64,000 nt of DNA from Nitrospirales bacterium (GTDB taxonomy: Bacteria; Nitrospirota; Nitrospiria; Nitrospirales; UBA8639): positions 1,792,001-1,856,000 of the forward strand of contig OY820905.2 of NCBI GenBank assembly GCA_963555755.3, written 5' to 3'. The notes beneath the pieces are model-generated. The model saw only the letters and a program-made list of their open reading frames with translations. It was not told where the DNA came from and searched no databases. Shown here piece by piece: positions 42,363-52,990 of the stretch (the first letter of the stretch is position 1; each line of letters begins with the position of its first letter). The position numbers were made by a program, and so were the translations under genes.

Positions 42363-43262
42363 CTAAGAACTCTTGGGACGACGCCGTTTGACTATCTGCA
42401 TGCCAATTTGGTTCCGAACAAACCGGAACATGTTCTCGGTTTGATGGTAGGGATAGAATATGGTCCTGGGATCACCTATAAATTGCCGCAGGTCTTTGGC
42501 TGGCGTCTGACGACTGACAGCTCCTTGAATAGCAAACCCCGCGCTACAAGGTCGCCAATATTCAGAGGAAAAGGGAAGGGGATCACTGCCAGGTAGAATT
42601 GAGATGCCTTGCAGGCGAGCCTGCTGAAACTGAGGCGGAAAGGGAAGAAATCCCGGTCGCCCACTGTTGTCTCCAAGAAAGAAGGTTGTGGGTGTTTGCG
42701 AAGCAAGAAATTCAGAAAGGATTTGGCCCCGGCGCCCCCACCATTTCCCAAACCCCCACGGGACCACAGCCACGCCCCCGTCGTTTCGAACGGCATCCAC
42801 CGTATCTTTCAGCCCGACACCATCTGGAAACTGTGTGGCCGTTAACAACGCCAAGACTTCAAGATTTTCTTTCACGACAATCTGGCGCCCAGCCACAAGA
42901 TAGAGTTCGGCGCCATGGTTTGCCTGGACCAAGAGAGAACAGGCCTCCTGTGTTCGATGAACCATCCATTCACTGCCCAGCTCGTTCCGAATGCCCTTGC
43001 GTTCGTCTGCCCAAGACGCACATTGCTGAAACCAGTTATCTCCCACCGTCTCGGTGAGAAGAAGAAAACTCGTAAACGACTCCGTCTGATGCCGGGTTTG
43101 CGCTTCGAGTTGACAGTTGTTGTGGGCTGAGTCCCAAAAACTCGCCAAATTAAAACTGGGGTGAATATGGACGTGACTATCAACAATAAGAACGGAAGAA
43201 GGTGTCATAGTGGGCAGAGTGCCTTTATGTTTGAAAAGAATTCCTTCCCGCGTGTACATCAA
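42363..43262 (-). CDS. PHP-like metal-dependent hydrolase (hypothetical)
   Basis: VDSHVHIH, LTE, GRQIV, PWGFGKW, PGSDPLP; start may be at MTPSS. Confidence 0.75.
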   Translation of the reverse strand: MMYTREGILFKHKGTLPTMTPSSVLIVDSHVHIHPSFNLASFWDSAHNNCQLEAQTRHQTESFTSFLLLTETVGDNWFQQCASWADERKGIRNELGSEWMVHRTQEACSLLVQANHGAELYLVAGRQIVVKENLEVLALLTATQFPDGVGLKDTVDAVRNDGGVAVVPWGFGKWWGRRGQILSEFLASQTPTTFFLGDNSGRPGFLPFPPQFQQARLQGISILPGSDPLPFSSEYWRPCSAGFAIQGAVSRQTPAKDLRQFIGDPRTIFYPYHQTENMFRFVRNQIGMQIVKRRRPKSS

Positions 43263-43555
43263 TCATGTAGCCAGGTGTTCCGTCATCTTCCCTTCAAGAT
43301 CGGAAAGGGCATCCAGAAGCTAAAGCCTCATTTCTCAAACACCAAAAGGACTCCTCCCCTGCGTTTCAAGGATATCCTCTGGCAACTCATTTCTAGGGTC
43401 CTGGTCGAGATTAGGAAATTTTTGCAGATATTTTCATATTTCCAGACAGATTAGGTTAGGTTTTGCCTGGTTTCTACCGAAATAAGTAAGTAAGCGTAGT
43501 TGCAAAAAACTGTCTCACGGATGAGACATCCGCCACCAATTGGACAAGGAAAGCC

Positions 43556-43750
43556 ATGGACATCAACCCACGCTTGTATGTGCATCCCTCTTCCCATCCT
43601 ATCACCACGGCTACGGGGGATCGTGAGCCTGGGAGAAATTTGTATTTTGGCTCGCAGCGGAAACGAAAACCTCAGAAGCCGGAGAGTGAACAAGAAGGGC
43701 ATGAGCCTGGGCCAGATGAGCCCGAGCATCGAATCGACATCATGGCCTAA
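43556..43750 (+). CDS. Small hypothetical protein
   Basis: AAGGA RBS; charged 64-aa ORF ending HRIDIMA. Confidence 0.45.
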   Translation: MDINPRLYVHPSSHPITTATGDREPGRNLYFGSQRKRKPQKPESEQEGHEPGPDEPEHRIDIMA

Positions 43751-44094
43751 TTCGTTTCTTATGGCGACCAGGAAGGCATCATAAGAGACGGAGTGGCCCT
43801 CTGTATGCTCATGCCCTCCCCGATCCTCCCCAAAGGAAATTCATCCCATTGGGTGGACGCCGGAAAGGATGGGAAATAGGTAATTTCTCTGAGTGATTGC
43901 GGTAGCGGGTATGATACCGTCCACCCCATTTTTTGTGATCTGGATGTGACATTTACCATTGGCTTTTCGCATCGACAGATACTCAATGTTGGATTCACTG
44001 TTGATGAGATTTCCTGGTCACACCCTTCTTTCACACAAAGTCCCCAGCCCCTTGTCCTATTTTGCCTTTATCCACAACAGGACTATTACAAACA

Positions 44095-45960
44095 ATGTCT
44101 TATAAAAGTATTGGCGATTACGGCATCATCGGCGATCTTCACACCGTGGCCTTAGTGGGAATGGATGGTTCGATTGATTGGTGTTGCTTGCCTCACTTTG
44201 ACTCCCCTAGCGTCTTTGCGGCCATACTCGATCACAAGCATGGAGGACATTTTAAAATTTCCCCCACCATTGAAGGCAATCAACGGCAAATGTATTTGCC
44301 GGAAACCAATATCTTGCTCACCCGATTTTTCCAGGAAGATGGCGTGGGAGAAATTACCGATTTCATGCCCGTGGAATCTGATGCCCCAGGATATATTCCC
44401 ACGCGACACCAAATCATTCGGATGGTTGCCGTAACCAGGGGGCGGGTACGATTTCGGCTCGAATGCGCCCCATCATTTAATTATGGCCGTGATCCCCACA
44501 CCGTCCTGACCCGCGAGACCAACGTCATATTCCGTTCCCAACATGCCGTTCTCGGATTGGTGAGTCCTATTCCAATTGAAGCACGAGAAGGGATGGCGTT
44601 CGCTGAGTTCACTCTCAGCCAAGGACAAAGCCTAACCTTCTTTATCGAATACCTGGAAGCCAGTGGCCCCGAAACGCTGTTATCCACTCCCGAATCCGGA
44701 GAAATGGCCTTTCGAAATACTTCAGCCTTCTGGCAACGCTGGCTCACTCAATGTCAATACTCAGGCCGATGGCGAGAAACGGTGCATCGTTCCGCCCTCA
44801 CCCTGAAACTGCTCACCTACGCTCCCACAGGTGCGATCGTCGCTGCCCCAACCACCAGCCTACCTGAAGCAATTGGCGGACCACGCAATTGGGATTATCG
44901 CTATACCTGGATGCGTGACGCCGCTTTTACGGTGTACGGCCTTCTACGCCTAGGATTCACCACGGAAGCCGGTCGGTTCATGGATTGGTTGAATGCCCGC
45001 TGCCATGATCTGAATCCTGACGGCTCATTACAACTGGTCTACGGCATTGATGGACGCCGTGATCTCCCGGAAGAAGAGCTTTTGCATCTGGACGGCTATT
45101 GCTCCTCAAAGCCCGTGCGCATTGGCAATGCCGCCACACATCAATTGCAACTCGACATGTATGGGACCCTCATGGATGCGGTGTATCTCTACGACAAACA
45201 TGGCACGTCCATTTCTTTTGATCTCTGGATGAACCTCTGTCGGCTCTTGAATTATGTGTGTGACAATTGGCATTTACCGGATGAAGGTATTTGGGAAGTC
45301 CGTGGCGGACGTCGGCATTTTGTCTATTCCAAAGTCATGTGTTGGGTGGCCTTGGATCGAGGCATTCGTCTCGCCGATCAACGCGGGTTCCCGGGCAATC
45401 GAACCCGGTGGACGCATGAACGCGATCGCATTTATATTGATGTCATGGAACACGGCTATAACACGGAAATTGGCGCATTTGTCCAACATTATGACACGGC
45501 CGCCTTAGATGCCGCGAACCTCATTATGCCCCTTGTTGGCTTTGTCTCCGCCACTGACCCTCGCATGATTTCCACCCTCAATCGCACCCTGGAACAGCTC
45601 ACAATGGGAAGCTTGGTGTATCGATATCGAGTCGGAGAGGCTGCTCCCGACGGGCTGGAAGGAGACGAAGGCACGTTTAGCATGTGCACCTTCTGGTTGG
45701 TGGAGGCCTTAACTCGCGCCGGTCGGTTGCAAGAGGCTCGATTGATCTTTGAAAAAATGTTGAGCTATGCCAACCACCTCCGTCTCTATGCCGAAGAGGT
45801 GTCCCATACCGGTGAACAATTGGGAAACTTCCCGCAAGCGTTTACACATTTTGGATTGATCAGCGCCGCCACAAACCTCGACCTCGCCCTCAATACCCGA
45901 CAGGGCACGTTTACGATGACTCGCCAGGCACTCTCCGTGCCAAAACCATTGCAACCCTGA
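44095..45960 (+). CDS. Glycoside hydrolase family 15 (trehalase/glucoamylase-like)
   Basis: IGDYGIIGD, APTTSLPE, NWDYRYTWMRD, GIWEVRG, GNFPQAFTH. Confidence 0.95.
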   Translation: MSYKSIGDYGIIGDLHTVALVGMDGSIDWCCLPHFDSPSVFAAILDHKHGGHFKISPTIEGNQRQMYLPETNILLTRFFQEDGVGEITDFMPVESDAPGYIPTRHQIIRMVAVTRGRVRFRLECAPSFNYGRDPHTVLTRETNVIFRSQHAVLGLVSPIPIEAREGMAFAEFTLSQGQSLTFFIEYLEASGPETLLSTPESGEMAFRNTSAFWQRWLTQCQYSGRWRETVHRSALTLKLLTYAPTGAIVAAPTTSLPEAIGGPRNWDYRYTWMRDAAFTVYGLLRLGFTTEAGRFMDWLNARCHDLNPDGSLQLVYGIDGRRDLPEEELLHLDGYCSSKPVRIGNAATHQLQLDMYGTLMDAVYLYDKHGTSISFDLWMNLCRLLNYVCDNWHLPDEGIWEVRGGRRHFVYSKVMCWVALDRGIRLADQRGFPGNRTRWTHERDRIYIDVMEHGYNTEIGAFVQHYDTAALDAANLIMPLVGFVSATDPRMISTLNRTLEQLTMGSLVYRYRVGEAAPDGLEGDEGTFSMCTFWLVEALTRAGRLQEARLIFEKMLSYANHLRLYAEEVSHTGEQLGNFPQAFTHFGLISAATNLDLALNTRQGTFTMTRQALSVPKPLQP

Positions 45961-46243
45961 TTTTTCCCGATTCTTTTCCTGCTTCGTACCACTTTCATTT
46001 CGTACTTTACCCTTACGGTTTTTTGCGGTATGGTATGGTGATGGGGCTCCTGTTTACCCCCCTTCATACCGATAAAGAAGTGTTTCCTTCTGTTCTCTTA
46101 GGTTGCTGAAACACAACGGGAGTGAGAAGACTGGATTCCCAGAGATCAATACACAACCAGAACGTGGCGAGCCCTTACTCCCACAGACCTTGAACCTGTC
46201 CCTAGAATACGAGAACTGAGCGCTAGGGGGAAAGGGAACGGTT

Positions 46244-47137
46244 ATGGAAATCGGATTTATCGGACTTGGCAAGATGGGCATGAATATGGTGACTCGGCTT
46301 CGGCAGGGGGACCACCGTGTGATTGCATTTGATCGGTCGCAGGACCTTATCACACAAGCGGAGGGCACCGGAGCGGTCGGAGCCTCCTCACTGAAAGACC
46401 TCATTTCGAAACTCGCCAAGCCGCGCGCCGTATGGGTAATGGTACCATCTGGTGCACCGACCGAAGAAACCATTCAAACCCTGGCAGGCATGCTGGACCC
46501 CGATGACGTCATCATCGATGGCGGCAATACCAAATTCCACGATGACGTGCGTCGTGCCGTTGACTTGAAACCCAAACAGATTCATTACGTGGATGCCGGC
46601 ACCAGCGGAGGTATTTGGGGATTACAAATAGGGTATTGTCTAATGGTCGGGGGCGACAAAGAGATTATCAATCGACTGGGACCAATTTTCACTACGCTAG
46701 CGCCAGAAGATGGCTGGGCTCATGTCGGCACTCAAGGCGCTGGACATTACGTCAAGATGGTGCACAATGGGATTGAGTACAGCATGATGCAAGGCTATGC
46801 CGAAGGCTTTGAGCTCATGTCCAAAAGCCATTACAACCTTGACCTTCCCAAAATTGCCGATCTGTGGATGCATGGCAGTGTGGTGCGGTCATGGCTGTTA
46901 GAACTCGGAGCCGGCGCTCTTAAAGACGATCCGAAGTTAGAGGGGCTCAAAGGATATGTTCAAGATTCCGGTGAAGGTCGCTGGATGCTGATGGAGGCTC
47001 TCGACAAGGATGTCCCCGTTCCCACCTTGTCCACGGCCCTCTTCACCCGATTCCGATCACGGCAGGAAGAGTCTTTTGCTGAAAAAATGCTCGCGGCGCT
47101 CCGCAATGCGTTTGGTGGACATAGCGTCAGAAAGTAA
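46244..47137 (+). CDS. gnd: 6-phosphogluconate dehydrogenase (decarboxylating, short form)
   Basis: GLGKMG, DAGTSGG, VKMVHNGIEY, LRNAFGGH. Confidence 0.96.
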   Translation: MEIGFIGLGKMGMNMVTRLRQGDHRVIAFDRSQDLITQAEGTGAVGASSLKDLISKLAKPRAVWVMVPSGAPTEETIQTLAGMLDPDDVIIDGGNTKFHDDVRRAVDLKPKQIHYVDAGTSGGIWGLQIGYCLMVGGDKEIINRLGPIFTTLAPEDGWAHVGTQGAGHYVKMVHNGIEYSMMQGYAEGFELMSKSHYNLDLPKIADLWMHGSVVRSWLLELGAGALKDDPKLEGLKGYVQDSGEGRWMLMEALDKDVPVPTLSTALFTRFRSRQEESFAEKMLAALRNAFGGHSVRK

Positions 47138-47139
47138 TG

Positions 47140-47282
47140 GGCCTATTCAAAAAGCATGCCCTCGCGAAGGGGGGGGGGGCCGCCCAGCAAGGCCGCAGGG
47201 GCTTTGGCGCCCGGAGCGTACACGGAGTACGTAAGGATGACAAAGGCCCGAGCACGCAGTTGGCGGACTTTTTCAACTGGCT
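47140..47282 (+). repeat. MITE-like family F with RPE-like core
   Basis: TIR GCC..TT.AAAAAG.CCGCC; core GGAGCGTACACGGAGTACGTAAGG. Confidence 0.75.
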
Positions 47283-47314
47283 TATAATCAACTTCCAACC
47301 CGAGTGGGAATGAT

Positions 47315-48862
47315 ATGACCATGGCGATCGAGCAAGACAAGCCTTCCATAATGCAGACCAACTCTGGCCCCACGGTCGAACCGTGTACCCTCGTCATCTT
47401 TGGAGGATCCGGGGATCTCACCCGTCGCAAGCTCCTTCCGGCGATCTACAATTTGGTGCTCGATGGATTGCTTCCTCCCAACTATGCCGTCGTGGGAATT
47501 GGACGCAAAACCTGGAGTGATGATGAGTTCCGGACCGTGGCTCGCGAGGGCATTGAGAAATTTTCTCGGCAGTCTATTCAGGAAGACAAATGGGAGGAGT
47601 TTGCTCGACGCCTGCATTATTTTTCCGGGACCATTGATGATCCCAATATGTATCAGGGGCTCCGCGGCCGAATCGAAGAAGTCGAAGCCGAGTTTGGTTT
47701 ACCTGGCAACCGCGTCTTCTACTTGGCGATTCCCCCAACGTCCTTTGCTCCCTCATGTCAGGGGTTACAGCAAGCCGGATTGATTTATCCCCCTGAGCTT
47801 CCCGACCGCATGTCTCGTATCATTGTCGAAAAACCCATTGGCCATGATTTGGAATCAGCGAAGGCCATCAATGCGACGATTGGTGAAGTCTTTGAGGAAT
47901 TGCAGATTTACCGCATTGATCATTATCTTGGAAAAGAAACCGTTCAAAATATTATGGTGCTCCGATTTGCCAACAGCATTTTCGAACCCATCTGGAATGC
48001 TAAATATATCGACCATATCCAGATTACCGTGAGCGAGGCAGAAGGGCTCGGCACACGAGCCTCGTATTACGAAGAGGCGGGAGCCCTTCGCGATATGGTG
48101 CAAAACCACATCCTCCAACTGCTCTGCCTTATTGCCATGGAACCGCCCTATTCGTTGGACCCAGACGTGATTCGTAATGCGCGCATGGAAGTACTTCGGT
48201 GTCTTCATCCAATTCGCGGGAAGGACATCGAGCAGTTTACCGTCAGAGCCCAATACTCTCATGGAACAGCTAATGACCAGGAAGTGCCGGGGTATCGAAG
48301 AGAGGAAGGGGTGAAAGCCGACTCGACAACCGAAACCTTTGTGGCCCTCAAACTCTTTATTGAAAACTGGCGATGGTCCGGCGTACCATTTTATTTACGC
48401 ACAGGAAAAGCCATGCCCGCTCGCGCCTCAGAAATCGCCGTGCAATTCAAAGACATTCCGGAAATTTTGTTTAACACCATGCCAGAGGCACGCCAAGCCC
48501 CCAATGTCCTCACCCTTAGGATTCAACCACATGAAGGCATGGCATTGAGAATTATGTCAAAAATTCCGGGAAGCCGCGCGCGATCGCATCCTGTGGAAAT
48601 GAACTTCAACTATGGCGATGCCTTTTCCGCACCTTCCCCAGAGGCCTATGAACGGTTGTTGTTGGACGTCATGGCTGGAGACGCTTCGCTCTTTATGCGA
48701 CGCGATGCCGTAGAAGCTTCCTGGGCCTGGATTACGGATATTCTTGAGGGTTGGACAGCCCATGGCGGCCGTTGGCTTCCCGAATACCCCGCTGGTACGC
48801 GGGGACCCGTTGAAGCTGACAGGCTCATCGAATCCGATGGCCGCAAATGGCGGTTGGTGTGA
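47315..48862 (+). CDS. zwf: Glucose-6-phosphate 1-dehydrogenase
   Basis: GGSGDL, EKPIG, RIDHYLGKE, RDMVQNH, WSGVPFYLRTGK. Confidence 0.97.
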   Translation: MTMAIEQDKPSIMQTNSGPTVEPCTLVIFGGSGDLTRRKLLPAIYNLVLDGLLPPNYAVVGIGRKTWSDDEFRTVAREGIEKFSRQSIQEDKWEEFARRLHYFSGTIDDPNMYQGLRGRIEEVEAEFGLPGNRVFYLAIPPTSFAPSCQGLQQAGLIYPPELPDRMSRIIVEKPIGHDLESAKAINATIGEVFEELQIYRIDHYLGKETVQNIMVLRFANSIFEPIWNAKYIDHIQITVSEAEGLGTRASYYEEAGALRDMVQNHILQLLCLIAMEPPYSLDPDVIRNARMEVLRCLHPIRGKDIEQFTVRAQYSHGTANDQEVPGYRREEGVKADSTTETFVALKLFIENWRWSGVPFYLRTGKAMPARASEIAVQFKDIPEILFNTMPEARQAPNVLTLRIQPHEGMALRIMSKIPGSRARSHPVEMNFNYGDAFSAPSPEAYERLLLDVMAGDASLFMRRDAVEASWAWITDILEGWTAHGGRWLPEYPAGTRGPVEADRLIESDGRKWRLV

Positions 48863-48910
48863 CGTTGACCTTTACAAGGAAGTAAAACCCAGTCCTTCCA
48901 ACCCCATACC

Positions 48911-48997
48911 ATTATTCCCGACATTTGCAAACGGGAATCCAGGTTCATCGTCCTTCCTTTCCGGATGAATCCCCGCTAACCACCGGCGGGGATGACG
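48911..48997. repeat. REP-like ATTCCCG..CGGGAATCC / ATCCCCGC..GCGGGGATGAC double hairpin
   Basis: Two nested palindromes downstream of zwf. Confidence 0.65.
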
Positions 48998-49124
48998 GAA
49001 TCCAATCCGTAAGACAGCCTTTGCGGGTCAGCCTCAGCTCTCCGTTTTCACCGTTGCACAATATGCCAAAAAAGGCTACTATGGTCTTACTTATTTCTTA
49101 CCTTTTCCCATTGGAGAGGAATAC

Positions 49125-49385
49125 ATGCAAAAAACACGTTTATCGAATAAAGGTCAGATTGTGATACCTAAACCAATCCGTGCAGCTCATGGATGGAAAT
49201 CAGGCCTTGAATTTGTGGTCAAAGATACTGAAGAGGGAATATTCTTGAAACCAATCAAGCCGTTTAGACAGACGGGAATCGAGGACGTTGTCGGTTGTAC
49301 TGGATATAGGGGGCCAAGAAAGTCACTTGAAGAAATGGACGCCGCCATTGCGAGGGGAGCCAAGGACTCACATGGTCGCCGTTGA
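49125..49385 (+). CDS. AbrB/MazE-type antitoxin
   Basis: TRLSNKGQIVIPKPIR. Confidence 0.92.
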   Translation: MQKTRLSNKGQIVIPKPIRAAHGWKSGLEFVVKDTEEGIFLKPIKPFRQTGIEDVVGCTGYRGPRKSLEEMDAAIARGAKDSHGRR

Positions 49386-49761
49386 CACGAATATTGTCGT
49401 CAGATTGCTGACAAAAGATGATCCGAATCAAGTTAAACGTGCTGTGGCGATTATGAAAAACTCTGAAGTCTTCATTCCGAAAACAGTCCTGTTGGAAACG
49501 GAATGGGTCCTACGATATGCCTATGAAATAGAACGGGAAGCCATACATAAAGCATTCATGAATCTTCTTGGACTTCCTCACGTCACCATGGAAGATTCAT
49601 CCGCCGTGACGCAAGCGATTTCCTGGTATCAACGTGGGTTGGACTTTGCCGACTCCCTTCATCTTGCTTCGAGTATTCATACAGCTGAATTTAAGACATT
49701 CGATCGCCCGTTAGCGAAAAAAAGCCGAAACATTGAGGCCATACAAGTTACGTTGGCCTGA
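49372..49761 (+). CDS. VapC/PIN domain toxin
   Basis: MVAVDTNIVVRLL, LLETEWVL, DFADSLH, TFD. Confidence 0.92.
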   Translation: MVAVDTNIVVRLLTKDDPNQVKRAVAIMKNSEVFIPKTVLLETEWVLRYAYEIEREAIHKAFMNLLGLPHVTMEDSSAVTQAISWYQRGLDFADSLHLASSIHTAEFKTFDRPLAKKSRNIEAIQVTLA

Positions 49762-49913
49762 GCCAGAAAATCTCCCCCTCTTTTTCAAAGAAGGGCGTTG
49801 AACCTGCAAGAAACATGTTCTGGTTACCCAGAACCGAACAACCCTTTTGAATTTTTTTCAGAGGGCTCTGACACGACGGTTCCTTTTCCAAAACCAACTG
49901 GCCTTGGGGAAGG

Positions 49914-52775
49914 TTACGCTTTTTGCGCCAGCAACGCCCCCTCGACCGCGTTCTGAATTCGCTTTAATCCGGCTTCGATATCAGCACCAAGATGGATTCG
50001 AATCACTCGTCGATTGCGGGTGTTGAGACATTGCAAATCTCCTAAGGCTTGCGCTGCGGCCAAAACGCCAAAGGAATAGGGCTCGTCGGGAATCGCCAGG
50101 TCCTGCTCCACATCAGAGGTCACCTGAATAAAGACTCCGGAATTGGGACCACCTTTATGGAGTTGGCCGGTTGAGTGAAGAAAGCGTGGGCCATACCCTA
50201 AAGTCGTCGCTACGTGTTTGGCATCGCGTACCATTGTCCGAATATGTTGGAAGGTATCGTGGACCGCTGGGGTTCGTTCGACATACGCATTAATCGCGAC
50301 GTAATCCCCTGCTTGTACGCGGGAAAGATGGGCGGATAACACTTGGTCCAAGGAAGACGCGCCACCTAACGATTGTTGATTCGCAGCATCAGCGAAGATC
50401 CGAACGTCACCATCAGTGGCCATCGGTGATTCCTCTGGCAATTGCCCATTCTTCTTAAACCCATCGAGATACGCTTTGGTGAAATCTTTGCTCTCCTGGA
50501 CATTGGGTTGATCAAACGCATTGATCCCTAACAATGACCCTGCCGTGGCGGTGGCGATTTCCCATAAGAAAAACTCTTGGCCCAAATTGATGAGAGCAGC
50601 CACATCAATCCGAACGACCGGATGCCCGGCTTCTTTTAATGCCTCGACCTTGGCATCTTGTTCGGGATCAGCACCATCCGCATACCGAAGATAGGCAAAG
50701 AGGCGATCATCACCATACACATTGGGAGCGCCAAGCGGCTCATCATCCACGGGAATAATGCCTTTCCCTTCTTTGCCTGTGCTTTCGGCAATCAGTTGTT
50801 CCAGCCAGGCGCCGACATCACTGAGCGCTGGTGAAGTAATGAACGTCACCTTATCGCGTCCGGCTTTAGCTAATGTGCCTAAGATCACACCTAACACGAC
50901 CCCAGGGTTATCTGCCGCTGGCACAGTCGAATCACAACTGTGCCGCATCCGCTCGGCGCGATGGACAAAATGCTCGATGTTGACGCCCATTAACGCTGCA
51001 GGGACAAGGCCAAAGTTGGACAACGCCGAATACCGTCCTCCGATTTCCGGCACACCAGGGAAAATATCTCGAAACTTCAGTTCTTTGGCGACTTGTTCTA
51101 AGAGAGAGCCTGGATCGGTAATGGCGATAAAGTTCTCACTCGCGCGATCGCCTTTAACTTGCCGCATCCGTTCAAAGAAATATTTTTGAAACACGAGCGG
51201 CTCGGTAGTTGATCCTGACTTACTCGCCACAATGCACAGCGTGTGCTCAAGATCAACTCGTTCTTCAAAACTTTTCACTTGCGAAGGCACCGTGCTATCC
51301 AGCACATGCAACTCGGGATAACCCGGCACGATGCCAAAGGTCATCCGGCATACTTCGGGGCACAGACTGCTCCCGCCCATTCCCAACAAGAGGATATGCT
51401 TAAATCCAGCCTGTTTGATTTCTTCGGCAAACGCTTTCAATCGTGGAATGTGTTGAACTTGCTGTTCAGAAATAGTGAGCCATCCGAGTGCGTGTTGAAT
51501 GATTTTTTGATGTTCAGGATCTTGATGCCACAAGGTCGCGTCTTTCGCCCATAACCGCCTCACCAAGTTTTGAGCCTGTACGTTTTTCAATGTTTCTTGA
51601 ACCGCAGACTCACATGCCCCAAGAGTCTTGGTCTGACGATCCAATTTGGGACCTAACACATCGCTTCGCTTCCGACTAATCACACCCATCAGTTGATCGA
51701 AAGAGTCTCCAAACATTCGCGCGCCATCTTTGAGCAACGTCTCCGTCACGTCCGTCATGCACACGCCACAGTCCGCCAGGCTTTGCATCGTCGCCTTGGC
51801 TTCTTCCAGGCCTTCGGTCAGAGTTTCTTTTACCGTTCCATGATCACGAAACGCATTAAACGTGGCTGCCGGAATCGTATTCACCGTATCGGGACCAATA
51901 AGCTTATCCACATAATAGGTATCCGGGTACTGGGGATTTTTCGTTCCCGTGCTGGCCCACAAGAGACGCTGAACCTTCGCCCCTTTTTGCTGCAAGGCTT
52001 GAAACTGTGTGCCGGAGAAAATTTCCTGATAGGCCAGATACGCCACCTTGGCATTAGCAATCGCGACTTGGCCTTTTAGGCTTTCAAGGGTCCTTCGTGT
52101 GCTCTCATTGGTTTCGTCTTTGAGTTTGGCATCGAGATATTTATCAATCAGCGTGTCAATACGGCTCACGAAAAAACTCGCCACCGAGGCGATCTTAGAA
52201 ACATCGCCGCCATTGGCTGCGAATTTTTCCAAACCCCGGATATAGGCCCAGGCCACTTCCTCATAGACCTGTACACTAAACAAAAGTGTGATGTTGATAT
52301 TCAACCCCTGACTCAGCAAGTGCTCGATGGCAGGTAATCCCTCTGGAGTTCCCGGCACTTTGATCAGCACGTTGGCACGATCGACGGTTTTCCACAGACG
52401 AAGAGCTTCTTCAATCGTCGCGTCGGTGTTAAATGCAAGAGCAGGGGACACTTCGAGACTCACATACCCATCTCGCCCCTTGCTCGATTCATAGACGGCA
52501 GACATCACATCCGTCGCAGCTTGAATATCTCGGATCGCCAAGGCTTCATAGATATCTTTCACACTCGTGACCCGAGCGACGACACGCTGTAATTCTTCGT
52601 CGTAATCCGCGCTTCCGGCAATGGCCTTTTCAAAGATGGATGGATTTGAGGTCACTCCCATCAGTCCATCCTGATCGATCATCGCTTGTAAGTCCCCAGA
52701 GGTGATCAATCCTCGTTCGATGTAGTCATACCAAGGACTTTGTCCGGCAGTTCGAAGTTGTACGAGGGGATTCAT
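49914..52775 (-). CDS. Bifunctional transaldolase/phosphoglucose isomerase
   Basis: GVTSNPSIF, WASTGTKNP, then GMGGSSL, SKSGST, GGRYSAL, EQLIAESTGK, FDQPNVQESK. Confidence 0.95.
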   Translation of the reverse strand: MNPLVQLRTAGQSPWYDYIERGLITSGDLQAMIDQDGLMGVTSNPSIFEKAIAGSADYDEELQRVVARVTSVKDIYEALAIRDIQAATDVMSAVYESSKGRDGYVSLEVSPALAFNTDATIEEALRLWKTVDRANVLIKVPGTPEGLPAIEHLLSQGLNINITLLFSVQVYEEVAWAYIRGLEKFAANGGDVSKIASVASFFVSRIDTLIDKYLDAKLKDETNESTRRTLESLKGQVAIANAKVAYLAYQEIFSGTQFQALQQKGAKVQRLLWASTGTKNPQYPDTYYVDKLIGPDTVNTIPAATFNAFRDHGTVKETLTEGLEEAKATMQSLADCGVCMTDVTETLLKDGARMFGDSFDQLMGVISRKRSDVLGPKLDRQTKTLGACESAVQETLKNVQAQNLVRRLWAKDATLWHQDPEHQKIIQHALGWLTISEQQVQHIPRLKAFAEEIKQAGFKHILLLGMGGSSLCPEVCRMTFGIVPGYPELHVLDSTVPSQVKSFEERVDLEHTLCIVASKSGSTTEPLVFQKYFFERMRQVKGDRASENFIAITDPGSLLEQVAKELKFRDIFPGVPEIGGRYSALSNFGLVPAALMGVNIEHFVHRAERMRHSCDSTVPAADNPGVVLGVILGTLAKAGRDKVTFITSPALSDVGAWLEQLIAESTGKEGKGIIPVDDEPLGAPNVYGDDRLFAYLRYADGADPEQDAKVEALKEAGHPVVRIDVAALINLGQEFFLWEIATATAGSLLGINAFDQPNVQESKDFTKAYLDGFKKNGQLPEESPMATDGDVRIFADAANQQSLGGASSLDQVLSAHLSRVQAGDYVAINAYVERTPAVHDTFQHIRTMVRDAKHVATTLGYGPRFLHSTGQLHKGGPNSGVFIQVTSDVEQDLAIPDEPYSFGVLAAAQALGDLQCLNTRNRRVIRIHLGADIEAGLKRIQNAVEGALLAQKA

Positions 52776-52828
52776 ATTGTAGCCTCCTTGGTTTCACATC
52801 TGGTGACGTGGATTCGCCATTATTACTG

Positions 52829-52990
52829 GGAGCCTGTCCGAGATTAGCGATCGTCATGAGAATATGCTGGTTTGAGTCAGATATTTCGATCGCTTGAGGC
52901 GAATAGTGGGACTATTCAACGAAAAGGGTCGGAAACTCTGGCCAAATCCAACGCATCCGCAGTAGATCAGTCTAATCTTGGACCGGCTCC
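52829..52990 (+). repeat. MITE-like family G
   Basis: TIR GGAGCC.GTCC.AGATTAG; core AATAG-TGGGA-CTATT. Confidence 0.75.

Noticed and set aside
48870..49913. Direct repeats flanking the VapBC pair
   Set aside because: No copy of the zwf or tal-pgi ends could be found by eye on either side
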